Source of the DNA: Dehalococcoidia bacterium
GTDB taxonomy: Bacteria; Chloroflexota; Dehalococcoidia; Lucifugimonadales; Australimonadaceae
Direction of reading: 5' to 3'
Assembly: GCA_965220225.1 (NCBI GenBank)
Contig: OZ244813.1
Location: 1,506,991 to 1,570,990, forward strand
DNA: 64,000 nucleotides
A program made the translations under genes and the position numbers. Below, in pieces: positions 8,072 to 15,517 of the stretch; positions within the stretch are counted from its first letter, which is position 1; the number at the start of each line of letters is the position of its first letter. The notes under the pieces are model-generated. The model did not search any database, had not been told where the DNA came from, and was given only the letters and a program-made list of their open reading frames with translations.

Positions 8072-8425
8072 ATGATAAGCATAGAAGCGATAGTCCGGCC
8101 GGAGCGGGTCCACCGGGTGACGGAAGCGTTGCAGGACGCGGGGTGCCAGGGCTTCTACTACGTCAACGTGACCGGCGAGGGACGCCAGCGCGGTGTCGAG
8201 GTGTTCGTCGGACGCGGGGGGACGATGGCGAGCCGTGCATCGGTGCCGAAGACGCTCGTGCGCACGGTCGTTACCGACGACATGCAGGAGGCGGTCATCG
8301 CCGCCATCATCGAGGCGGCGCGGACGCCGGACGACGGCGAGATCGGCGACGGCAAGATCTTTGTCTCACCCATCACGGAAGTCGTGCGGGTACGCACGGG
8401 CGAGCGGGGCGAGGTCGCGATCTAG
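8072..8425 (+). CDS. glnK: P-II nitrogen regulatory protein (GlnK-like, atypical T-loop)
   Basis: ATG at 8072 follows GGAGAAGGG. The C-terminal signature is GDGKIFVSPITEVVRVRTGE. It sits directly downstream of amt. Confidence 0.9.
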   Translation: MISIEAIVRPERVHRVTEALQDAGCQGFYYVNVTGEGRQRGVEVFVGRGGTMASRASVPKTLVRTVVTDDMQEAVIAAIIEAARTPDDGEIGDGKIFVSPITEVVRVRTGERGEVAI

Positions 8426-8454
8426 TCTCACCCGACACAAGGTTAGGGTCCGTT

Positions 8455-8488
8455 GAAGGGCTCAGCTCCGGAAGGGGCTGAGCCCTTC
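8455..8488 (+). terminator. strong hairpin terminator after glnK (convergent gene pair)
   Basis: Perfect 12-bp stem GAAGGGCTCAGC/GCTGAGCCCTTC, extended by 3 more pairs around a GGAA loop, then TGCTGTT. Confidence 0.7.
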
Positions 8489-8599
8489 TGCTGTTCAGGA
8501 TGCTTCGGCTCCGTTCAGCACGACACGCTCCTCCCCCATCAACCCCACCGCGTGCGCTGCCCGCGCACCCTGGATTCCCGCCGGTGCGGGAATGACGGT

Positions 8600-9691
8600 C
8601 TATTCGCGCCATTCGGCAAGGGCGTCCCACTTCGGTTCGAGGCCGAGGCCGGGCGTCTCCGGCATCGTGGTCCAGCCCTGTTGCGGGCCGACGCAGCCGT
8701 CGAACACCATCTCGCCGCACTTCCACATCACGTAGTGGTACTCGATGCGCCAGCCGTTCGGGACGGCGGCCTGCAGCTGCATGTTGTGATGGGGCCAGCC
8801 GCCGCCGTTCGCGATGGGCAGGTTGAACGCCTGGGCCAGCGCGGCGAACTTCATCCCCTCCGTGTAGCCGCCGCAATAGACGACATTCGGCTGGAGGATG
8901 TCGATGGCCTGGTGCACGAGCAGCTCTCGGGCGCGGAAGCGGTGCCCCTCGTTCTGCCCCGCCGAGATGGGGATGCTGGTCCGCATCCGCAACTCGTGGA
9001 GCAGCGGGGCGTCGTTGCCCCAGACCGGCTCCTCGAACCACTCGACATTGCACTCTTCAACGGCTTTCGCGAGGTTGAGGGCGTTGTTGAACTGGAACAT
9101 GTAGTTCGCGTCCATGGAGAGCTGAACGCCGGGGCCGATAGCGTCCCGCACCGCGTGCACGCGGTCAGAGTCCTCGCGCCATGCCTGGTGGTCGCCCGCG
9201 ACCCCCACCACCATCTTCAGCTTGTCCTCGCCCTGCGCGACGAAGTCGCGCGCCACCTGCACGAGCTGCTCCTCCGTGTACTCCGGCAGCCCGAACGTGA
9301 TGTAGGCGGGAACGACCGGCTGCGCGCCGCCCAACAGACGCCACACGGGAACGCCAAGCGCCTTGCCCTTGATGTCCCAGAGCGCGATGTCGATAGCGCT
9401 GAGCGCGCTCGACCAGACGCCGGTCTGCGAGCGCGGGTTGTGCTCGACGTAGCAGAGGTGCCAGATGCGCTCCGTGTCCATCGGGTCCATGCCGGCGACG
9501 AGCGGGCCGAGCTCGGCGTTGATGTGCTCGCGCACCGCCTTCCGCTGGATGGGGCCGGAGATGCCGTAGCCGGTGACGCCCGCGTCAGTGTCGACCTGGC
9601 AGAAGACGAACGGACGCATGACGGGCTCGTCCATCAGAGGGACGGGCACCGGCACGTTATGGGTGGTGGCCTGGACGTTGGTGATCTTCAC
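8600..9691 (-). CDS. enolase-superfamily enzyme, mandelate racemase subgroup (acid-sugar dehydratase-like)
   Basis: KLK motif. Metal-ligand contexts SMDANYMF, WFEEPV and AGQNE. A DILQPN...GG segment and a downstream His are also present. Confidence 0.85.
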   Translation of the reverse strand: MKITNVQATTHNVPVPVPLMDEPVMRPFVFCQVDTDAGVTGYGISGPIQRKAVREHINAELGPLVAGMDPMDTERIWHLCYVEHNPRSQTGVWSSALSAIDIALWDIKGKALGVPVWRLLGGAQPVVPAYITFGLPEYTEEQLVQVARDFVAQGEDKLKMVVGVAGDHQAWREDSDRVHAVRDAIGPGVQLSMDANYMFQFNNALNLAKAVEECNVEWFEEPVWGNDAPLLHELRMRTSIPISAGQNEGHRFRARELLVHQAIDILQPNVVYCGGYTEGMKFAALAQAFNLPIANGGGWPHHNMQLQAAVPNGWRIEYHYVMWKCGEMVFDGCVGPQQGWTTMPETPGLGLEPKWDALAEWRE

Positions 9692-9799
9692 GAGTGCGCC
9701 TCACGGTATGGAATGGGCGGGACGATACCGGCGCGGCACGGGAATGGCAAACCCGCGCACGGCTGCGAGGGCGTCTGTAGGCGTGGTCGATCCTCCAAG

Positions 9800-9829
9800 G
9801 TGTGCCATTGTGTGCCATTAAGCGCCATT
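9800..9829 (+). repeat. three tandem 10-bp direct repeats (candidate regulator binding array)
   Basis: GTGTGCCATT GTGTGCCATT AAGCGCCATT, in helical phase, about 100 nt upstream of the TATACT (9934-9939) that precedes the lipoprotein gene. Confidence 0.4.
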
Positions 9830-9975
9830 TCACTCCCAGGCGGGCTGGACGACAGAGCCTGAGCCCACTCCCTGCAAGAATCAGCGTAGGCGGCGGCGCC
9901 TCGACCGGGCAAGGGGCGGATGTCACATTCGGCTATACTGCGACGACCCCGGCCATCAGCCTATGGGAGAGCCCC

Positions 9976-10686
9976 TTGCACTCAGTCCGGCTCCTGCCGT
10001 CCTTGCTGATGCTCACCGCATCCTTCACTGCAGTGGCCGCCTGCTCCGTTTCCCTGAGCATCCCTACGCCCACACCCACGCCATCTCCAACGGATACGCC
10101 CGCTCCCACGCCGACCGCCACGGTGGAGGCCGAGACTGAAGCGCCCGAACCTGTGCGTACCACCATGCCGGCCTCCACGCCTACACCGATGCCGGAGCCT
10201 ACTGTAACGTCCGTGCCCACTCCAACTCCCACTCCGGCCCCCACTTCGACTCCGACCGCAACCCCCACGCCTACGCCGGTCCCCTGTCCTCCACCCGACG
10301 TGAACGCCTACTTCGACCGGGTGCGGGAGGCTGAAGCGTCGTTGGACCTGGCCCTGAGCGAGTTCGGTCAACTGGCGTTCCAGGCTGCCAGCGATCCTTC
10401 CCTTCTCGATGACCAGGGGTGGAATGCCCAGATGAAGTCGGCCTTGTCGCTGCTGCAGACGAACGCTCAACTCTTCCGCGAGATACAACCGGTACCGCCG
10501 TCCGTCCAGTTCGTGCAGTCCGAGGTGGAGAAGATGGCTGCGCTGATCGACAGGGGCGTCGTTGCGTTCGGCCAGGGGATAGAGCGTGCGGACCCTGAAC
10601 GCGTGCTTGCTGGGAACACGCTCTTCCAGGAGTCGACGGCCGTGCGCAGTACGGTTGCCCAGACACTCCTGGGGTACTGTGGCTAG
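9976..10686 (+). CDS. lipoprotein with Pro/Thr-rich linker and about 130-aa helical C-terminal domain (paralog A)
   Basis: TTG at 9976 is preceded by GGGAG. Signal plus lipobox SFTAVAA|C. The TPTPTP linker is followed by the [18 protein letters not shown]...LLGYCG domain. The start is uncertain. Confidence 0.65.
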   Translation: MHSVRLLPSLLMLTASFTAVAACSVSLSIPTPTPTPSPTDTPAPTPTATVEAETEAPEPVRTTMPASTPTPMPEPTVTSVPTPTPTPAPTSTPTATPTPTPVPCPPPDVNAYFDRVREAEASLDLALSEFGQLAFQAASDPSLLDDQGWNAQMKSALSLLQTNAQLFREIQPVPPSVQFVQSEVEKMAALIDRGVVAFGQGIERADPERVLAGNTLFQESTAVRSTVAQTLLGYCG

Positions 10687-10702
10687 GTACCCCAGGAGAC
10701 GG

Positions 10703-11485
10703 ATGCCGCACCCGGTATACGGCGTCGGCCCTGACGGTGCCTATGGGAGCCCCCCTACGCATGCATTCCGGCCCGTGTTGTCTCTGCTGATGCTTGCCGT
10801 CCTCTTCTCCGTAGTGGCGGCCGCCTGTTCCGATTCCTGGTCCGTTTCGGTTTCGAGGTCGACGCCCGAGCATACACCGGCCCCAACGGCCAGACCTGTC
10901 GCTACACCAACCGCGACAGTGGAAGTGGAGCCAACCGCCGCGCCCGAAGAGCAAACAAACGCAAGGTCGGCACCTGTCTCAACGCCAGTGCCGACACCGG
11001 AACCTACTCCCACTGCCACTCCGGCCCCAATGGCAACCCCCACTCCGACGCCGACCGCAACGCCCACACCTACGCCCGAGCCTTGCCCACCGTCGGACGT
11101 GAGCGCTTACTTCGACCGGGTGCGCGAAGCGGATGCAGCGTTGGCAGAGGTCATGGGCACGCTCGGCGAACTGGCATACCGCCTCAGCATCGACCCTACC
11201 CTTGTCGACAACCCGGAATGGAATACCCAGACGACGGAGGTCTCATCGGTGCTGCGATCGGTTGCGCAACAGATCCGCGAGATACAGCCAGTGCCCTCAT
11301 CCGTCCTGGACATACATGCCGATCTGGAGGAGCTGGCTGTCCTGCTCGACGGCGGCTTCGAGGCCTTTGGTCAGAGCCTCGGAAGCGGAGATCCTCAACT
11401 CGTGGTCATCGGTGACCAGCGGTTCGCATTCTCAATAGAAGCGCGCAGCAGGGTTGCCGAGGCACTCTCAGGATTCTGCGGCTAG
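10703..11485 (+). CDS. lipoprotein with Pro/Thr-rich linker (paralog B, tandem duplicate of A)
   Basis: ATG at 10703 follows AGGAG. Lipobox FSVVAA|C. The C-terminal domain [18 protein letters not shown]...LSGFCG is colinear with paralog A. Confidence 0.65.
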   Translation: MPHPVYGVGPDGAYGSPPTHAFRPVLSLLMLAVLFSVVAAACSDSWSVSVSRSTPEHTPAPTARPVATPTATVEVEPTAAPEEQTNARSAPVSTPVPTPEPTPTATPAPMATPTPTPTATPTPTPEPCPPSDVSAYFDRVREADAALAEVMGTLGELAYRLSIDPTLVDNPEWNTQTTEVSSVLRSVAQQIREIQPVPSSVLDIHADLEELAVLLDGGFEAFGQSLGSGDPQLVVIGDQRFAFSIEARSRVAEALSGFCG

Positions 11486-11506
11486 GCAGGTCAGGCACCG
11501 GACATC

Positions 11507-12457
11507 TCAGAACACCGCGACGGGGTTCACGGGAGAGCCGGTGCCGCCCTCGATGCGGAGCGGGTTGACGGTGATCATGAACTCCCAGCGGTTCCGCTCC
11601 GCACACGCCTCCGCGAGCCGTTCCAGGTCCGCGTTGTCCAGTATCCAGAGGCCCATGGCGACGATGCCCACCTGGTGCACCGGGTTGGTGAGCCGGTCGA
11701 AGCCAGGGTGGACGAGGCTGTTGCCAGTGTCCGACCCCAGCATGGCGATGGAGCGCTCCTGGTAGAAGGGCAGGCAGTTGGCGTGCGTGCCGGTGCCGCC
11801 TTCAAGAGAGATATTCCACGGGCCGAGCTCGGCGCGGCGTCGCAGTTGCCCCGTCCGCACGAGCAGGACATCGCCCGGCTCGACGCGGACGCCCTCGGCG
11901 GCTTCCGCCGCTTCGAGGTCCTCGCGCAGGATGCCCTCGCCGGGGTTGAACCACGGCACGCCGCGCAGCCGTGGGATGTCGAGCAGCACGCCGCGGGCGA
12001 GCACGCCGCCCTGCAGCACCTCGATCGACTCCCTGAGCGCGCCGTAGCGCGTGGATACGAGGCTCGACGGCTTGCCGTTGTACATCTGTCCGCCGAAGAA
12101 GAAGTGCGAGAGGCTGTCGACATGAGTGATGACGTGCCCGTGGAACGCGACGCCGATGAAATCGGACGAGGTCTGCGCCGGACGGGGCGGCCCGGCCTTC
12201 TCCTCGTGGGCGTAGCCCTCGCCCGACTCAATCATGAAGTGCATCGGCTGGAACGTCACGTCGGGCCCGGTGGCGTTGCTGAGCGTACGAGCGCACGACA
12301 CCGTCACGCCTTCCCGCACCAGCGATACCGCGCGGCGGCGCGTCTCCGGCGTGATGTGGTTCATCGTGCCGAGTTCGTCGTCGTCGCCCCACCGTCCCCA
12401 GTTGCTCAGCGAGTCGAAGTAGGACAGGACTTCATCCTGGGTCGGCAGGTCCGGCAT
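11507..12457 (-). CDS. cyclase-family protein (kynurenine formamidase-like metal hydrolase)
   Basis: His-rich motif AFHGHVITHVDSLSH resembles HxGTHxDxPxH. The N-terminal NWGRWG motif is common in this family. Confidence 0.8.
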   Translation of the reverse strand: MPDLPTQDEVLSYFDSLSNWGRWGDDDELGTMNHITPETRRRAVSLVREGVTVSCARTLSNATGPDVTFQPMHFMIESGEGYAHEEKAGPPRPAQTSSDFIGVAFHGHVITHVDSLSHFFFGGQMYNGKPSSLVSTRYGALRESIEVLQGGVLARGVLLDIPRLRGVPWFNPGEGILREDLEAAEAAEGVRVEPGDVLLVRTGQLRRRAELGPWNISLEGGTGTHANCLPFYQERSIAMLGSDTGNSLVHPGFDRLTNPVHQVGIVAMGLWILDNADLERLAEACAERNRWEFMITVNPLRIEGGTGSPVNPVAVF

Positions 12458-12527
12458 GGCTGGCCTCCTCTCGGTGTCTGCGACGGCGAGGCAAGCATAC
12501 TATCGCCCGGCAACGGAGCAAGACGCC

Positions 12528-12566
12528 AGCAGGGCTGCCCTCAGTTGAGCCGAGGGCAGCCCTGCT
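12528..12566 (-). terminator. 15-bp perfect hairpin downstream of the 12614..13432 gene
   Basis: AGCAGGGCTGCCCTC / GAGGGCAGCCCTGCT with a 9-nt loop. There is no clear U-tract. Confidence 0.55.
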
Positions 12567-12613
12567 ATTCCGGAGTCACAGGCCGGGGGCCATACGCTGT
12601 TTCAGCCCGTCGA

Positions 12614-13432
12614 TCACCTGTCGTCGAATGGCCCGCCGTCCGCCAGCAGGTAGTGCCGAGAGACGCTTCCGTCGTCGTAGTGGACGTAGACCAGGTAGAG
12701 GTGCATCTCGACCTCGCTGGCGAGCAGGTCGGTTGTGCCGTCTGCCACCTGCTGCGGTGTCAGCCGGTCCGTCCACCCCTGGGGGTTGTCCGGGTGTGGC
12801 TCTTCCGTGTTGCCGGGGATCAGCAGCGCCTGCACGGGGACATCATGCTTCCGTCCCGGCGCCAGCAAGGAGCCGGTCAAGTGCCCGGACGTCCAGCTGT
12901 CGTCGGAGTCTTCCAACTGCTCTACCGACGTCGGCTCACCGGAAGGGTCTTCCCTGGCGTTGCTGAGTCCATTGCAGAACCAGGCATACCTGGTCACCTC
13001 GCCCTGCGGGTTTCGCTCCACCCCCCAGGGCCTGCAACTGTTCACGTCGGGCACGGTGTAATCGGCTTCATCAACAGCGTTCCCGTCACGCGTGAAGTTG
13101 TAGCGGTACAGGAACCGGAGGCGCTGGATGCTGTAGCGGTCGATGTTGTCACGCCCGTCAGCCCATGCGCTCCAGTTGAATTGGTACTCGCCGTTCGGGC
13201 GGACCGTGGTGACCGCGAAGCGGTTCCTTGCGCAGGTCAACGCGCGCCCTGCGGCCATCTCCTCCTTGCACTCTCCCATGGTTGTCGGGCTGTTCTGGTG
13301 GGTGACGCCCGCCGGCGCGCCCTGCGCCAGGGGTGGCGACAGCGCCAATAGCGCGGCCACAGCGGCGACCGCGGCAACGACCGACAGCGCGATCGCGCGG
13401 TGGCGCCAGGGAAGCAGACTCATGTAACGCAT
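12614..13432 (-). CDS. secreted hypothetical protein (signal peptide, 4 Cys)
   Basis: N-terminal RHRAIALSVVAAVAAVAALLALSPPLAQG|A signal. I recognise no family. Confidence 0.6.
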   Translation of the reverse strand: MRYMSLLPWRHRAIALSVVAAVAAVAALLALSPPLAQGAPAGVTHQNSPTTMGECKEEMAAGRALTCARNRFAVTTVRPNGEYQFNWSAWADGRDNIDRYSIQRLRFLYRYNFTRDGNAVDEADYTVPDVNSCRPWGVERNPQGEVTRYAWFCNGLSNAREDPSGEPTSVEQLEDSDDSWTSGHLTGSLLAPGRKHDVPVQALLIPGNTEEPHPDNPQGWTDRLTPQQVADGTTDLLASEVEMHLYLVYVHYDDGSVSRHYLLADGGPFDDR

Positions 13433-13470
13433 AGCAAACCTCCTGTCTGTTCCGACAACTGCTCTATGAG

Positions 13471-13486
13471 GTCTTCACGTGAAGAC
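13471..13486. promoter_or_regulatory. perfect 16-bp palindrome in divergent intergenic region (candidate operator)
   Basis: GTCTTCACGTGAAGAC lies between the divergent genes starting at 13432 (-) and 13656 (+). Confidence 0.4.
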
Positions 13487-13655
13487 GGCCGGGTGACGGT
13501 CCCTGTTGCCGGGGCTTGCTGGTGACCGCCTTCTTCATGGCCTTCGGCAGCGACAGTAAGACGTTGTTCCGCGATAAGTCTGTGCAAATCCGATTTTTGA
13601 CGCTCTCTCCGCGAAATGTGCGACAATTGATGTGGGAATAACGAGATACGTAGAC

Positions 13656-14984
13656 ATGCCCGAACGGGATGTGCAGAGCGCCAGAGCGGCCCAGGTAGGG
13701 TCCTTGATGAGGTCCTACCGCGAAGCCTTCCTTTCCGGCGATGGCCGGAGGGGGCTTACGCAGGAAGCGCTGCTGGGGCGGATGGCGGCGGTGGACCGTG
13801 ACTACGCCGAGCGGTACAGCCACGGTACGGTTTCGCGGTGGGAGTCCGGCGGCACTCGACCCACCCTGCGGCGCCTGAAGGTCTTCGGCGCAGCCCTCAA
13901 CCTGTCACAGGCAGAAGTAGCCAACCTGATACTGCTGGCCGGGCTCGCGCCGGACTTCCAGACGGCCTTGCGTCGCGTCATAGGGAACGGGGGCCAATCC
14001 ACCGGCGACCCTGGGACGCCGGTACCGACCTCTGTCCCAACCGCCAGGGAAAGGGCGGAGCCGGCACCGGCGATCGTGCCGACAGCTCCCCGGGCCGCGC
14101 TCCGTTTCTGGTTGCTCAGGAGCCTGCCGCTCGGGATAGGCATCGTTGGCGGCGGGTATGCCCTGTCTTACTTCGGCCGGATCGAGATCTGGATGCCCTT
14201 CGTCTACATCGCTTTCGTCGTGGGGGTCGTGCTCGCGCAGGGGTTCCTGCTACCGGACCGCGACGCCGGGCTCAGGGAGTTCTTCTGGGTCTCACTGTTC
14301 TTCCTGCTGACCACTCCCCTGCTGCAGTTCGCCCAGATACGGACCGACCATTACAACTTCTACGCCATCATGAGTCTCATGGGCACCCAGCTCCCCTACA
14401 TGCTGGCCCTTGTCGTGAACCTGGTGGTCGCATCCATCGCCGCACGGATGTTCCAGTTGCTATGGAAGTGGCAGTACGCCAGCGGCAGGGGCGGCAGCCA
14501 CGCTCTCCAGCGGGCAGCCTGGGTGACGATGCCGCCGATACTCTTCGTGTACACGTTCGTGCTCGTCACCACCAACATCTGGGTATCCATACAACTGGCG
14601 GTCCTCCTGCCGGCTTTCGGCGCCGTGTTTACCGTGTTGATGGCCCTGCGCGACCCCGCCCTCAACCTCAGCGAACGCGACCGGCGGTTCCTGCTCTCGA
14701 CGACGACAGCAGTGGGGATGGTTGCGACGGCCCTGGGTACCATCACTGTCCTCACGATATTCGTATCGCCGGACCTCCCGAGCGTTCTGCCCGATCACAA
14801 CCTGCTGCGCTCATGGGAGATCGACTTCGCCGCGTTGGGCCATTCCCGCGAAGAGGCGCTGGACCGCCTGAACCTGGGATACGCATGGCACGCGGTGTGG
14901 GTGCTTGCCTACATGGTCTTTGTCGTCGGCGGCCATCTCATGGTTGCCATCCACCGCATAGGCAGGGGTCAGAGACCTGGCTGA
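13656..14984 (+). CDS. XRE-family helix-turn-helix domain fused to a polytopic membrane domain
   Basis: HTH LTQEALLGRMAAV...YSHGTVSRWESGGTRPTLRRLKVFGAALNL, then a Pro-rich linker and about 8 TM helices. The start is ATG 13656 or GTG 13632. Confidence 0.7.
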   Translation: MPERDVQSARAAQVGSLMRSYREAFLSGDGRRGLTQEALLGRMAAVDRDYAERYSHGTVSRWESGGTRPTLRRLKVFGAALNLSQAEVANLILLAGLAPDFQTALRRVIGNGGQSTGDPGTPVPTSVPTARERAEPAPAIVPTAPRAALRFWLLRSLPLGIGIVGGGYALSYFGRIEIWMPFVYIAFVVGVVLAQGFLLPDRDAGLREFFWVSLFFLLTTPLLQFAQIRTDHYNFYAIMSLMGTQLPYMLALVVNLVVASIAARMFQLLWKWQYASGRGGSHALQRAAWVTMPPILFVYTFVLVTTNIWVSIQLAVLLPAFGAVFTVLMALRDPALNLSERDRRFLLSTTTAVGMVATALGTITVLTIFVSPDLPSVLPDHNLLRSWEIDFAALGHSREEALDRLNLGYAWHAVWVLAYMVFVVGGHLMVAIHRIGRGQRPG

Positions 14985-15131
14985 GGTGCTGAGGCGCTGC
15001 GCGGGCCCATTGGCCGGTTGTCCTGTTCGTAAGCGAAAGCCGTCGTCCCTTCACACCGGAACGGGATGGTGTATACTGGTGTGCGAACAGAGAAAGAGCG
15101 GACAGACGATTTAGGTCCCGCGGGACGGAAT

Positions 15132-15398
15132 ATGCTGGACACAGCTACCAAGCAACGCATCATCGGAGAGTACCAGAGCAAGCCGGGCGACACCGGCTCC
15201 ACTGAAGTGCAGGTAGCGCTTCTCTCCGAGCGTATACGCGGCCTGACCGATCACCTCCGCCGGAACCACAAAGACCACGCCACGCGCAGAGGTCTCCTGA
15301 AGTTGGTCGGGCAACGCCGCCGCCTCCTGCGGTATCTCGCCAGAGAGGACGTAGGACGCTACCGGACGGTCATCAGCAGGCTTGGGCTCCGCAGATAA
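15132..15398 (+). CDS. rpsO: 30S ribosomal protein S15
   Basis: [51 protein letters not shown] is the canonical S15 sequence. Confidence 0.95.
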   Translation: MLDTATKQRIIGEYQSKPGDTGSTEVQVALLSERIRGLTDHLRRNHKDHATRRGLLKLVGQRRRLLRYLAREDVGRYRTVISRLGLRR

Positions 15399-15408
15399 GC
15401 GACCCCGG

Positions 15409-15438
15409 AAACAGCGCTTCGGAAGGAGCGCTGTTCCT
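15409..15438 (+). terminator. rpsO-pnp intergenic hairpin (attenuator/processing-type)
   Basis: Stem AACAGCGCT / AGCGCTGTT with loop TCGGAAGG. The position matches the known rpsO-pnp intergenic structure in other bacteria. Confidence 0.5.
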
Positions 15439-15517
15439 CTATAAGCCAGCCGACACTCCTGCCTCGCTTCAGAACTTCTCCCGCGCATGGCCTGCGAAAG
15501 AACAGGAGTAGTTACGT

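Noticed and set aside
9933-10268. Gly/Val-rich 'GVGVGVG' ORFs at 9933..10268(-), 10741..11067(-) and 17841..18203(-).
   Set aside because: They are the reverse complement of the Pro/Thr-linker coding regions of the three lipoprotein genes. They have no independent start context.
10060-10290. Short-period repetitive DNA (ACGCC/ACTCC/CCGAC-type) at 10060-10290, 10960-11080 and 17995-18240, considered as a possible CRISPR or tandem-repeat array.
   Set aside because: The periodicity is 6 nt, in-frame TP/AP dipeptide coding inside ORFs. There is no repeat-spacer architecture and there are no cas genes.
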